From Acinetobacter phage 133, in sequence record HM114315.1: a DNA stretch of 64,000 bases, one strand, 5' to 3'. How positions within the stretch are numbered: position 1 is the stretch's first letter; each line of letters starts with the position of its first letter. Below the pieces are notes generated by a model that did no database searches, was not told the origin of the DNA, and saw only the letters and a list, made by a program, of their open reading frames with translations. The position numbers were made by a program, and so were the translations under genes. This document shows, one piece after another, positions 1 to 9,950 of this stretch.

Positions 1-1
1 T

Positions 2-1105
2 ATCTTGTCTACGTCACGTGAAGAACGTGATATGTACGGAAGTAACATTTTCATTAATGATTATTTCCAACGTGGTGCAAGCCGTTACATCTTCGCTTCT
101 GCGCTTAATTGGCCAGCGGGTTTCTCTGGTATTATCCGTTTAGGCGGTGGTACTTCTGCTAATGCTTCGGTGACAACTGGAGACCTTATGCAGGCATGGG
201 ATAAGTTTGCTGATCGTGAATCATTGTATGTAAACTTGATGATTGCTGGTGCCGTGGCCGGTGAATCTGTTGAGACAGCTACTACTGTACAGAAGTATGC
301 TTCATCAATCGGTGAAATCCGCAAGGATTGTTTGGTCCTCATCTCTCCACCACGCGAAACTGTAGTGGGTCTTGATACAACAGTAGCAGTTGATAATATA
401 ATTGACTGGCGGACCGCACAGGGCTCGTACGAGCTCAATAACATGAACATCAGTAGCACATACTCATTCATCGACGGTAACTATAAGTACCAATATGATA
501 AGTATAACGATGTTAATCGTTGGGTACCACTTGCAGCAGACATTGCTGGTCTTTGTGCGCGCACTGACACTGTGGCAAATCCATGGATGTCTCCAGCCGG
601 TTATAACCGAGGCCAGATTCTTAACTGTATTGGTCTTGCGCTTGAAACTCGAGAAGCTCAACGTGACCGCATGTATCAAGAATCCATCAACCCGGTGGTT
701 GGCTCAGACGGTGAAGGATATGTTTTGTTAGGCGATAAGACCGCTACAAAAGTACCAACTCCATTTGACCGAGTAAACGTACGTCGTTTATTCAATATGT
801 TGAAAAAGAATATTGGATCAAATGCGAAGTACAAATTGTTTGAAATAAACAGTGCATTCACTCGTAATTCATTCACTATGGAGACAACTCAATATCTTGA
901 TGGTATTGAGGCACTCGGGGGTATGTATGATTCATTCGTGATCTGTGACGAAACTAACAACACTCCGTCAGTCATTGACCGCAACGAGTTTGTTGGAACA
1001 ATGATGATCAAACCTGCTCGTAGTATTAACTTTATTACGTTAAATTTCGTAGCAACTTCAACTGGCGCGGATTTCCAAGAGTTAGTTGGCGGCGCATTAG
1101 TATAA
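2..1105 (+). CDS. 18: Tail sheath protein gp18, C-terminal part; 5-prime end lies outside the window
   Basis: In-frame continuation of ORF 5..1105. Position immediately upstream of gp19 and length and composition fit the T4 gp18 C-terminal domain. Confidence 0.8.
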   Translation: MLSTSREERDMYGSNIFINDYFQRGASRYIFASALNWPAGFSGIIRLGGGTSANASVTTGDLMQAWDKFADRESLYVNLMIAGAVAGESVETATTVQKYASSIGEIRKDCLVLISPPRETVVGLDTTVAVDNIIDWRTAQGSYELNNMNISSTYSFIDGNYKYQYDKYNDVNRWVPLAADIAGLCARTDTVANPWMSPAGYNRGQILNCIGLALETREAQRDRMYQESINPVVGSDGEGYVLLGDKTATKVPTPFDRVNVRRLFNMLKKNIGSNAKYKLFEINSAFTRNSFTMETTQYLDGIEALGGMYDSFVICDETNNTPSVIDRNEFVGTMMIKPARSINFITLNFVATSTGADFQELVGGALV

Positions 1106-1136
1106 TTAAATGGGGCTTCGGCCCCGAAGAGGATTT

Positions 1137-1631
1137 ATGGCTGATTTAACCGATATCACACGGGGCTTTGAGTCTGGCGATTTCGCACGTTCTAACTTGT
1201 TCATGGTTGAAATCCCGTACTTAGGCGAAAACTTTACATTTAAGTGTAAAGCCGCGCCATTACCACCTGCCCAGGTGGACAAAATTCCAGTAAGTTTCTT
1301 AAACCGAAAATATAATGTTGCGGGTGACCGTACATTTGATGACTGGACAGTTACCATTTATGGTGATGACAAACACGTAACGCGTCAAGCAATTTTAGAT
1401 TGGCAATCGCTTGCTCATGGTCAAGGAAACGAGATCACTGGTGCGGCACCAGCTGATTATAAAAAGACCGCAGTTATTCGTCAATATGCTCGTAATGGTA
1501 AAACAATTACAAAAGAGCATACGATCTATGGTCTATGGCCAACTCTGGTTGGCGAAGTTGCAATGGACTGGGATACAAACAACGAAGTTCAGACCTTCGA
1601 GACCACATTCTGTTACGACTGGTGGTTATAA
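1137..1631 (+). CDS. 19: Tail tube protein gp19
   Basis: Translation aligns with T4 gp19 along its length (ITRGFESGDFAR, NVAGDRTFDDWTV, AVIRQYARNGKT). Start chosen at the ATG preceded by AAGAGGA. Confidence 0.9.
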   Translation: MADLTDITRGFESGDFARSNLFMVEIPYLGENFTFKCKAAPLPPAQVDKIPVSFLNRKYNVAGDRTFDDWTVTIYGDDKHVTRQAILDWQSLAHGQGNEITGAAPADYKKTAVIRQYARNGKTITKEHTIYGLWPTLVGEVAMDWDTNNEVQTFETTFCYDWWL

Positions 1632-1686
1632 AAGGACCGCACTCATCTACATAAATAAAAGTAGATGAGTGCATTTTGGAGGAAAT

Positions 1687-3240
1687 ATGAATTTTCCAGA
1701 TTTAAATTCTTTAAAATTTTGGAAACGTGAAGACGAGCGTATATTCAAACAAGAAATGTCCGATAAAATTGAATCGGTCGCTCCACCTGATCGGGATGAT
1801 GGCGCAACAGAAATTGAAGTGTCTGCCCACGGTGGTATGCAACAATCGTTATTATCCTCACAAGAAATTCAGGCACGAAACACAAAAGATTTAATCAATC
1901 AATACCGTGGATTATTGTCTAACTATGAAGTGGACAATGCTGTACAAGAAATTGTTAACGACGCGATTGTTTATGAAGACCATCATGACGTGGTTCGGCT
2001 AATTTTAGATGACACTGATTTTTCAGAGTCAACTAGAACTCGAATTACAGAAGAATTTGATGTCGTATTAAACACCTTGTCATTTCAACGTAAAGGTGCC
2101 GAACATTTTAAACGATGGTACGTTGATTCTCGAATTTATTTTCATAAAATTATTAACCCTGATAAGCCCAAAGAAGGCATTATCGAAATGCGACGTTTGG
2201 ACCCACGCCGAACTCAGTTCATACGTGAACTAATGGTAGATGATTCCCAAGGGGTTCGTGTTGTCAAAGGGTATCGAGATTATTTTTTATATCAAACTGG
2301 CAGCGAAACATATAACGCAGGTGGCTTTTATTATGGGCCAGGTTCATTGGTAAAAATCCCAGCTTCTGCTGTTACATATGCACACTCTGGCTTGCAAGAC
2401 GGATGTGGTGATAATATTGTGGGTTATCTACATCGTGCTGTAAAGCCGGCTAACCAACTGAAACTGATGGAAGACGCTTTAGTCATTTATCGTATCACCC
2501 GTGCTCCAGACCGTCGAGTTTTTTATATTGACACTGGTCAAATGGCATCGCGTAAAGCAACTCAGTTCATGACATCAATTATGAACTCGATGAAAAATCG
2601 AGTTACTTATGATGTTGCCACAGGCCAAGTTAAAAACAAACAAAATAATATTACTTTAACTGAAGATATTTGGTTACAACGTCGCGATGGTAAAAATGTT
2701 ACTGAAGTTGATACTCTTCCTTCATTATCAGGAATGTCTGATATGGATGATGTGCGTTATTTCAGAAAGGCTTTTTACATGGCACTCCGTGTACCGTTAT
2801 CACGCATCCCAGATGAACAAAATGGTGGGGTGTTAGTTGACAACGGCAGTCAAGTTACTCGTGATGAGCTCGGATTTAGTAAATTTATTCGTACATTGCA
2901 ACATAACTTTGGTCCAGTCTTACTTGATCCATTGCGAGCGAATCTTTTGCTTAAGGGTCTTGTTAGTGAAGAAGAGTGGGACCGTAACATAAATAATATT
3001 AAGTTAAACTTCCACCGTGACTCGTATTTTACCGAGATGAAAGAGCTTGAAATTGCAGAACGTCGTGCCGCAATTGTTGACCAATTAGTGCCGATTACAG
3101 GCAAATATTATTCTAATGAACGAATTATGAAAGAGTATCTTCATATGAGTGAAGAGGATATTAAACAAGAGCGCGAGCTGATCAAGGCGGAAATGAAAGA
3201 CCCAATCTATAAAGAAGAGGATGACGACCAAAATGAATAG
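1687..3240 (+). CDS. 20: Portal vertex protein gp20
   Basis: Strong match to T4 gp20 (SFQRKG.EHF.RWYVDSRI, GYLHRAVKPANQLKL, YRITRAPDRRV, LRVPLSRIP). ATG preceded by GGAGGA. Confidence 0.9.
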   Translation: MNFPDLNSLKFWKREDERIFKQEMSDKIESVAPPDRDDGATEIEVSAHGGMQQSLLSSQEIQARNTKDLINQYRGLLSNYEVDNAVQEIVNDAIVYEDHHDVVRLILDDTDFSESTRTRITEEFDVVLNTLSFQRKGAEHFKRWYVDSRIYFHKIINPDKPKEGIIEMRRLDPRRTQFIRELMVDDSQGVRVVKGYRDYFLYQTGSETYNAGGFYYGPGSLVKIPASAVTYAHSGLQDGCGDNIVGYLHRAVKPANQLKLMEDALVIYRITRAPDRRVFYIDTGQMASRKATQFMTSIMNSMKNRVTYDVATGQVKNKQNNITLTEDIWLQRRDGKNVTEVDTLPSLSGMSDMDDVRYFRKAFYMALRVPLSRIPDEQNGGVLVDNGSQVTRDELGFSKFIRTLQHNFGPVLLDPLRANLLLKGLVSEEEWDRNINNIKLNFHRDSYFTEMKELEIAERRAAIVDQLVPITGKYYSNERIMKEYLHMSEEDIKQERELIKAEMKDPIYKEEDDDQNE

Positions 3241-3463
3241 CTTATTGGAAGCAATTAAAAATAACGATCTTATCAAAGCACAACGAGCTTTCGCAGAAGG
3301 TATGAAAAGCCATGTTGCTGAGATTCTAGAGCGTGAAAAGACTCGTATTGGCGCAAATATTTTCATTGAAGGAGAAGAAAAAACGGATCCTGATGACGAT
3401 GAAGATGACGAAGACGATGATGAAGACGATGACAAACCTGGTAAAGGTAAGGACGAAGACTAA
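3233..3463 (+). CDS. 67: Prohead core protein gp67-like, with an acidic poly-D/E C-terminus
   Basis: Small ORF between gp20 and gp68 with an acidic tail (DDDEDDEDDDEDDD), as in T4 gp67. The start is ambiguous between 3221 and 3233. Confidence 0.65.
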   Translation: MNSLLEAIKNNDLIKAQRAFAEGMKSHVAEILEREKTRIGANIFIEGEEKTDPDDDEDDEDDDEDDDKPGKGKDED

Positions 3464-3886
3464 ATGCAAACATTCATCTTAGACGAACTATTAGAATCGC
3501 ATGAATATCATTCTAAATTAGCATTGGCTAAGACGCATTACAATTCACTTTCTGAATCGCTAACTGGTCCTGAAATAATGGCCGTTGCAATCAAAATGAT
3601 CCCAGACGATCCAGCTTTGGCTGTTGCATTGGGATCACTTGCTGAAAACACGCAACTTGATGAATTTATTGTTCGTCAAGTTTCTAGCAAGGGTGAAGTG
3701 AAACGGTTGAAAGACCGTGATACTCGCAAGCGTCTTGCCACACAAACTACAGGCTTATCAAAAGCTCGTCGCCGTGAAATTTCACGTAAAGCGGTACGCA
3801 CCAAAAAATCTCAACCATCAAAAGTGGCTCGAGCGGTGCGCACACGTAAAAAGGCGATGAAACGTCGTATTGCACTAGGATATTGA
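3464..3886 (+). CDS. 68: Prohead core protein gp68-like
   Basis: Position between 67 and 21, 140 aa, basic C-terminus. Consistent with T4 gp68. Confidence 0.65.
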   Translation: MQTFILDELLESHEYHSKLALAKTHYNSLSESLTGPEIMAVAIKMIPDDPALAVALGSLAENTQLDEFIVRQVSSKGEVKRLKDRDTRKRLATQTTGLSKARRREISRKAVRTKKSQPSKVARAVRTRKKAMKRRIALGY

Positions 3887-3887
3887 T

Positions 3888-4526
3888 ATGGAACTACTCA
3901 TTGAACAATGGGGACAGCCAGGCGGTACTGACATCAAAACATCTCATATTCTTGAGGAATCTACTGAAGGAAAACCTGGATTATATATTGAGGGCATTTT
4001 CCTTCAGGCTGATGTTGTCAACCGTAATAAACGTCTGTATCCAAAATCAGTTTTAGAACCTGCTGTAGCCAAGTACATAAAAGAACAAGTTAATTCACAT
4101 CAGGCCCTTGGAGAACTAAACCATCCTCCTCGAGCAAATGTGGATCCAAATTTAGCTGCTATCATTATTGAAGATATGTGGTGGGAAGGTTCTAATGTAA
4201 TGGGCCGCGCTAGGGTAATTGAAGGCGATAATGGGCCAGGTGATAAACTCGCGGCAAACATTAAAGCTGGATGGGTACCAGGCGTGTCAAGTCGTGGACT
4301 AGGATCTGTAACAAAATCTACCCGTGGTCACAATGTCGTTAACGAAGGTTTTAAGCTAACAGTTGGCGTAGATGTGGTATGGGGTCCTTCTGCACCTGAT
4401 GCCTGGGTTAAACCTCGTATTGTAGAAGCTACAGAAGAAAAACAGGAGCCGGCTATTATACCAAAGAATGATAATGCATTCAAAAAATTGGTAGAAAACT
4501 TGCGCATAAATAATATTGAAGATTAA
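3888..4526 (+). CDS. 21: Prohead core scaffold and maturation protease gp21
   Basis: Aligns with T4 gp21 (LYIEGIF.QA.VVNRNKRLYPK, QALGELNHPPRANVDP, GDKLAANI.AGW.PGVSSRGLGS). Confidence 0.9.
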   Translation: MELLIEQWGQPGGTDIKTSHILEESTEGKPGLYIEGIFLQADVVNRNKRLYPKSVLEPAVAKYIKEQVNSHQALGELNHPPRANVDPNLAAIIIEDMWWEGSNVMGRARVIEGDNGPGDKLAANIKAGWVPGVSSRGLGSVTKSTRGHNVVNEGFKLTVGVDVVWGPSAPDAWVKPRIVEATEEKQEPAIIPKNDNAFKKLVENLRINNIED

Positions 4527-4541
4527 AAAACAAGGTGTCAA

Positions 4542-5375
4542 ATGTTAAAAGATCAACTCATGCAAGAGGCTCAAAAAATTGAAGCTTCGGTAGAATTGGA
4601 CAACATTTTTGAGGGTGTTGAATTATCACCTGAAGTTCGTAGTCAGTTTGCAACTGTATTCGAAAGTGTTGTTAAAAAACACGCAGTAGCCCTAGCTGAA
4701 ACACATATTGAAGCAATGGCTAACCTAGCAGAATCAAAAGTAGAAGAACTCGTTGAGTCTCGTATTGAAGGTGTTGAAGCAAGTCTTGTACAGACAGCGG
4801 AACGTTTCTGTGCGCATCTGGCAGAAAGCTGGCTTAAGGACAATCAAGTTGCAATTGACCGCGGCATCAAAGCTGATTTATATGAATCAATGGTAATGAG
4901 CCTTAAAGATGTATTTGTTGAGCATAATGTTGTTGTTCCAGAAGAATCAGTGGATGTTGTTGCTGAAATGGAAGAAGAACTTGCTGAGCATGCAATTACA
5001 GCAGACAAACTTTTAAAAGAAAAAGAACAAGCTGTTACTGAACTCAACACATTGAAGCGTGATACTGCGTTGAATGAAGCTACGTCTGGTCTTACTTTGA
5101 CCCAAAAAGAAAAAGTATCCGAGCTTGTTGAAGGCGTTGAATTCTCTGACCAGTTCCTAGATAAAGTAAGTGCGATTGTTGGAATGGTAAAAAATTCTAA
5201 ACTTAATGAAGCTGCTCCCGCAACTGAAAATACTCTTACGGAAGGCACGCTAAATAATAGTGACGCTGCAGCATTGAACTTCCAAGTCGAAGACGTTACT
5301 ACTGCACAAACTCCAATTTCTGAAAATGATGCTCGTATGAATCAATACGTACGTGCTACTAAAAATATTAAATAA
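4542..5375 (+). CDS. 22: Prohead scaffold protein gp22
   Basis: Coiled-coil acidic protein in the gp22 position, 277 aa. Confidence 0.75.
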   Translation: MLKDQLMQEAQKIEASVELDNIFEGVELSPEVRSQFATVFESVVKKHAVALAETHIEAMANLAESKVEELVESRIEGVEASLVQTAERFCAHLAESWLKDNQVAIDRGIKADLYESMVMSLKDVFVEHNVVVPEESVDVVAEMEEELAEHAITADKLLKEKEQAVTELNTLKRDTALNEATSGLTLTQKEKVSELVEGVEFSDQFLDKVSAIVGMVKNSKLNEAAPATENTLTEGTLNNSDAAALNFQVEDVTTAQTPISENDARMNQYVRATKNIK

Positions 5376-5387
5376 GGACACCTTAAC

Positions 5388-6953
5388 ATGACTATTAAAA
5401 CCAAAGCACAACTTGTGAAAGACTGGTCTAAACTTCTTGAAGCTGAAGGCGCACCGGAAATCATCGAAGGCAAAGAAGCCATTATGGCGAAGATCTTCGA
5501 AAACCAAGAAAAAGACACAAAATCAGATCCAATCTATCGTGACAAAGATATGATTGAATCGTTTGGCAGTTTCTTGGCAGAAGCGGAAATCGCTGGTGAT
5601 CATGGTTATAACCCAACGAATATTGCATCGGGTCAAGCATCTGGCGCGATCACGAACATCGGTCCATCAGTAATGGGTATGGTACGTCGTACAGTTCCTA
5701 ACATGATGGCATTGGACGTATGTGGTACTCAGCCTTTGTCACAATCAAGCGGTCAATACTTTGCTCTTCGCGCAGTGTATAACAAAAACCCTCTTGCGGC
5801 TGGTGCTAAAGAAGCATTCCACCCAATGTATGCCCCTGACGCTATGTATTCAGGCCAAGGCGCTGCTCAAGCATTCACAGTAGTTGCTGCTGGTGCTACT
5901 CTTGCAATCGGTGATATCCATCGTCATGAGTTTGTTGAAACTGGTACTGCGTTTATCCAAGCGACTGCTGCGATCACTATTGATGCTGCTGCGACAACTC
6001 CAGAATTGTTGGATGCTGAAATTCTTAAGCGTATGGAAGCGGGTGAAGTTGTTGAAATCGCTGAAGGTATGGCAACGTCGGTAGCCGAATTGCAAGAAAA
6101 CTATAATGGTTCAAGCAATAACCCATGGAATGAAATGTCGTTCCGTATTGACAAACAAACTGTTGAAGCCAAAGCTCGTCAATTGAAAGCATCATACTCA
6201 ATTGAAGTTGCACAAGACCTTCGCGCAGTGCACGGTATGGACGCTGACTCAGAACTTGCTGGTATCCTTGCAACTGAAATCACTCTTGAAGTAAACCGTG
6301 AAATCGTTGACTGGATCAACTATTCTGCACAAGTTGGTAAAACTGGATTCACTCGTACTGAAGGTACAAAAGCAGGTATCTTTGACTTTGCAGACCCAAT
6401 CGATGTGAAAGGTGCTCGTTGGCAAGGTGAAGCTTTCAAAGCTTTCTTATTCCAAATCGATAAAGAAGCCGTTGAAGTTGGTCGTCAGACTGGCCGTGGT
6501 GCTGCAAACTTCATCATCGCATCGCGTAACGTTGTCAATGCTCTTGCTTCTGTAGACACTGGTGTAACTCCTGCTGCAGCTGGTATGGGTCGTAACTTCA
6601 ACGTAGACACTGCGAAATCAGTATTTGCTGGTGTGTTGGGCGGCCGCTATAAAGTGTATATCGATCTGTATTCTCGTCAAGACTACTTCACTGTAGGTTA
6701 CAAGGGTACAACTGAACTGGACGCTGGTATCTACTACTTGCCGTATGTTGCATTGACTCCAATGCGTGCTCAAGATCCTGAGTCTTTCCACCCGATCTTA
6801 GGCTTCAAGACTCGCTATGCAGTTGGTATCAACCCAATGGCGTACAGTCAAGAGCAAGCTCCTGGTGGCCGTATCACTAACGGTATGCCAACGATCGCGA
6901 ACTCTGCTGGTAAAAACTCGTACTTCCGCCGTGTTTGGGTAAAAGGTCTATAA
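5388..6953 (+). CDS. 23: Major capsid protein gp23
   Basis: Near full-length identity blocks with T4 gp23 (MTIKTKA.L, GPSVMGMVRR, FALRAVY.K.P.AAGAKEAFHPMY, FIIASRNVVN, YFRRVWVKG). 521 aa, as in T4. Confidence 0.95.
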   Translation: MTIKTKAQLVKDWSKLLEAEGAPEIIEGKEAIMAKIFENQEKDTKSDPIYRDKDMIESFGSFLAEAEIAGDHGYNPTNIASGQASGAITNIGPSVMGMVRRTVPNMMALDVCGTQPLSQSSGQYFALRAVYNKNPLAAGAKEAFHPMYAPDAMYSGQGAAQAFTVVAAGATLAIGDIHRHEFVETGTAFIQATAAITIDAAATTPELLDAEILKRMEAGEVVEIAEGMATSVAELQENYNGSSNNPWNEMSFRIDKQTVEAKARQLKASYSIEVAQDLRAVHGMDADSELAGILATEITLEVNREIVDWINYSAQVGKTGFTRTEGTKAGIFDFADPIDVKGARWQGEAFKAFLFQIDKEAVEVGRQTGRGAANFIIASRNVVNALASVDTGVTPAAAGMGRNFNVDTAKSVFAGVLGGRYKVYIDLYSRQDYFTVGYKGTTELDAGIYYLPYVALTPMRAQDPESFHPILGFKTRYAVGINPMAYSQEQAPGGRITNGMPTIANSAGKNSYFRRVWVKGL

Positions 6954-6967
6954 GATCTAAAAAAATA

Positions 6968-6996
6968 AAGGGACTCAATTGAGTCCCTTTTTTATT
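6968..6996. terminator. Bidirectional intrinsic terminator between gene 23 (+) and the endonuclease gene (-)
   Basis: Hairpin AGGGACTC-AATT-GAGTCCCT followed by TTTTTATTT, with an A-run on the other side. Confidence 0.7.
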
Positions 6997-8509
6997 TGAC
7001 GTATGTTAGGTTGCCACAGTCCCATATGCGCCGAAGCCCGTTATCGTAACAGTTTTGGACTTCCGTTTTGTTGGGATCATACCTTGATAATAAATGGGGT
7101 AACTTATGTTTCATATACGATGACCGGTGTTTTAAAGTTAAATTATCCACATAAAAATAACAAGGTGGTGTAGTACCAACTTGAGTCAGGTTACATTTAG
7201 AATAAACCCCGCCCATTGACCATCGTCTATTTGCATATGAAACAAATGAATGACCTTTGAATAATTTTGATGCTCCCCCAACTACAGTGTGATTTAATAA
7301 AGAACAAAGCCGAAGCAATTCTTTATTTGTAGAACGTGAATACCGGCTTTTGCCATATATTGCAACTTGGACTAATAAATTGTTATGAAATAGTCCATAG
7401 TATTCGCTGCCGTATATTCCGCCCTGTAAATGATTAATATTACAAAACTCATATGCTTCGCTTGCTGATATACGAGATAGAGTACACTTCCGTGCGTATA
7501 TTTTAGCTGAACGTTGTACTTTATTTCGGATAACCGACTTCCAGATATTTTGTTTGTCAATATTGACCCATTCATTCTCAAATATATGTAACAATTGGAT
7601 TCCTTTGGATTCACACTCAATAGTTTTATTCAGATGATAGTTTTTAATGTTATCATCGCTTACACAGCCGGATGAATGCCAATATAGACCATTGTACTCA
7701 ATCGCCAAATTATACATTGGAATATAAATATCCAATTCCAATGGAGGTATTACATTTCTAGTATTACATTCATATTCCACACCTAGAGAATCTAAGAATT
7801 TACATAAATCTTTCTCTGGTTGTGATTTGAATTTATCACGCAAATTATATTCAATTGACTTGGCCATAATGTATGACTTTGTTGCATTGGATTGTTTTAC
7901 AATATCCTCCAGCGAAAGAGTTTCCCATTTAACTTGAAATTCATCTTTATTGAATACCCAAGATTTAATGTGGCGCCTTGATGTTTGCATTTCCTTTTGG
8001 AGTAATCCTAATTTTTCCTTCATAGGAGCATATTTAGAAATATTACTAACTCCATACCGGTCAATACATGTTGCCTTTGTTTGAGTTACATTTCTATCAA
8101 ATGCTTTGATTTTCTCTAATCCGGACTCAGAATACCCCGATGGACCATGGTTTATTTTGCGGGTATTCCAACATTTTGCATGATAATCATTGCGACCAGA
8201 CAAAGCATTTTTAATATTACGATTTTTTGATTCAATGTCAGTATTATTGACTTTAGTCTTTTGCAGATCTGGGTCATTTGCCATACATTTTGTATTGCAA
8301 TAAATTTTAGGTATATCGACTTCAGTGCCACAAGTTGGACACTCATTAAGCCGAGCCCAACCTTTTATCATTAGTAGCAACACGGTTTTATCGCTATACT
8401 CTGGGTTGTATCCAGATCGATCAAACTTTTCAGGATGTCTGGAAAGCTTTTGTGCCCAATTCGGACTCAGCTTTCCAGATTTACTTTTAAAATAATCAAT
8501 ATCAGTCAT
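6992..8509 (-). CDS. Homing-endonuclease-like protein: Vsr/DUF559-like PD-(D/E)XK nuclease core with an N-terminal zinc-finger and NUMOD-like repeats
   Basis: Occupies the 23/24 intergenic slot, where T4 has segD. Core motif ELDIYIP...LAIEYNGLYWHS...GIQLLHIFENEW matches the DUF559/Vsr-like pattern. N-terminus has CPTCG...C and repeated G.S.SG.EKIK-type modules. Strong RBS AGGAGA. Confidence 0.55.
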   Translation of the reverse strand: MTDIDYFKSKSGKLSPNWAQKLSRHPEKFDRSGYNPEYSDKTVLLLMIKGWARLNECPTCGTEVDIPKIYCNTKCMANDPDLQKTKVNNTDIESKNRNIKNALSGRNDYHAKCWNTRKINHGPSGYSESGLEKIKAFDRNVTQTKATCIDRYGVSNISKYAPMKEKLGLLQKEMQTSRRHIKSWVFNKDEFQVKWETLSLEDIVKQSNATKSYIMAKSIEYNLRDKFKSQPEKDLCKFLDSLGVEYECNTRNVIPPLELDIYIPMYNLAIEYNGLYWHSSGCVSDDNIKNYHLNKTIECESKGIQLLHIFENEWVNIDKQNIWKSVIRNKVQRSAKIYARKCTLSRISASEAYEFCNINHLQGGIYGSEYYGLFHNNLLVQVAIYGKSRYSRSTNKELLRLCSLLNHTVVGGASKLFKGHSFVSYANRRWSMGGVYSKCNLTQVGTTPPCYFYVDNLTLKHRSSYMKHKLPHLLSRYDPNKTEVQNCYDNGLRRIWDCGNLTYVK

Positions 8510-8541
8510 GGTGTTCTCCTTAAATGAATTATATCATGATT

Positions 8542-8549
8542 TATAAATA
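8542..8549 (+). promoter_or_regulatory. T4-type late promoter (TATAAATA) for gene 24
   Basis: Exact TATAAATA 22 nt upstream of the gene 24 ATG. Confidence 0.7.
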
Positions 8550-8571
8550 AGTTAAACGATAGGAGTTTTCC

Positions 8572-9840
8572 ATGAGCATTCATAATTTAATTCGTGAATC
8601 AATGGGCAGTGTGGACGTAGAAAAAGGTCGTCCTTCATTGCTGGCATTGACTCGCGCAACAACAAAATTAATCTATACTGACCTAGTTGCGATTCAACCA
8701 ACCGACAGCAACGTAGCCGCTTTATTCGGGGTTAAATATTTAAACCCGAACGATGAATTGTCATTCATTACAGGTGCAACATATTCTGGTGCTATTGGTA
8801 CAGAAGCACGTAAAACCCTGCCTGATATGACCGTCGGTATGACCCTGGCGAAAGGCGATTATTTCAAATACCAAGACGTTGTATTAAAGGCCCTTGTTGA
8901 TAATCCATTTGCAGGGACAACTGAAACTGACTTATTTGATATCTTGTCAGAAGCTATTGCTGGATCCGCTGTGCGCATGGTCCCTGATGCTGCTGAAACC
9001 TCACACTTTGAAGTTGACAAACCTGATATTGCTGAAGCAGGGTTCACAATTGACAAGTGGACCGCCCCCGCCAAAACTCGTAAGTTACAAACTCAAATTA
9101 CTGTTGAATTGGCACAGGATTTAAATTCGAATGGGTTTGAACCTTCTGATATGTTAGAAGATATTCTGGCTACTCAAATGGCCGAAGAAATTAATAAAGA
9201 TGTAATGCAATCTATGATCACAGTGTCAAAACGTTTCAAGGTTAAAGGTATATCAGATAAGGGCGTATTAGATTTATCTGTAGTAGGTAGTTCAGTTGAA
9301 CAAGCTCGTGATTTATTCCGATATATCTGCGAAATGAATGCAGATATCCAACGCAATACTTCCTACTCGGCTACATTTGTGCAAGCGTCTTCTCGTGTCG
9401 CTGCCTTGCTTACATCGTCAGGTTGGATGCAGAAAAAAGATGATCAGCCAGAATCTGCGTATGGTGTATTGAATAATGGCCTTGTATTATACTGTGACAA
9501 CAACAGCCCAGTTGAATATGTGATTGTTGGCGTTAAAGATGAGTTTGGCGATGCAGAAACAATCGGCTCACTATTCTATGCTCCTTATGTGGATGGTCTT
9601 AGTGAAGAAGCTGATATTGTTGACCACATTGGCGCATACAAGGTTCTTCGGGACCCAGCATCATTACAACCAAAAATCATGCTTCAAGTCCGATATGCAC
9701 TATGTGTAAACCCTTACACTATGGGTCTTGATGACCCAACAGCTCGTAATATTGATGCATCAAACATGGACAACTTTGCAGGTCAATCGCAAATGTCAGT
9801 GTTGCTCGGGGTTAAGTTGCCAAAACTAGTGACAGTTTAA
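8572..9840 (+). CDS. 24: Head vertex protein gp24
   Basis: gp23 paralogue; shares LAIQPT/ALDVCGTQP-type motifs, 422 aa, RBS AGGAG. Confidence 0.9.
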   Translation: MSIHNLIRESMGSVDVEKGRPSLLALTRATTKLIYTDLVAIQPTDSNVAALFGVKYLNPNDELSFITGATYSGAIGTEARKTLPDMTVGMTLAKGDYFKYQDVVLKALVDNPFAGTTETDLFDILSEAIAGSAVRMVPDAAETSHFEVDKPDIAEAGFTIDKWTAPAKTRKLQTQITVELAQDLNSNGFEPSDMLEDILATQMAEEINKDVMQSMITVSKRFKVKGISDKGVLDLSVVGSSVEQARDLFRYICEMNADIQRNTSYSATFVQASSRVAALLTSSGWMQKKDDQPESAYGVLNNGLVLYCDNNSPVEYVIVGVKDEFGDAETIGSLFYAPYVDGLSEEADIVDHIGAYKVLRDPASLQPKIMLQVRYALCVNPYTMGLDDPTARNIDASNMDNFAGQSQMSVLLGVKLPKLVTV

Positions 9841-9848
9841 AAATAAAA

Positions 9849-9870
9849 AGGAGCCTAGGCTCCTTTTTTA
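9849..9870. terminator. Bidirectional terminator after gene 24
   Basis: Palindrome GGAGCCTAGGCTCC flanked by an A-run and a T-run. Confidence 0.65.
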
Positions 9871-9950
9871 ATAAATAATACCAAATTCAATCAAGCCGTG
9901 GCCAATAATATAACCATTGCAGGATTCTTGAATTTCAACTCAGTATTACC

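Noticed and set aside
3085-3435. Poly-serine ORF (MSSSSSSSSSSSSSSG...) on the minus strand
   Set aside because: It is the antisense reading of the GAT/GAA-rich acidic tail of gp67 and of the gp20 end. It is not a gene.
5350-5387. TATTAAATA upstream of gene 23 as a late promoter
   Set aside because: One-base insertion relative to TATAAATA, so it is not a consensus match and was not annotated.
85-6273. Numerous 60-130 aa ORFs on the opposite strand of gp18, gp20, gp22, gp23 and the Cys-rich antisense ORFs in gp34/gp37
   Set aside because: They are fully embedded antisense to strongly supported structural genes. They have no RBS or promoter and show GC-skew-driven composition.
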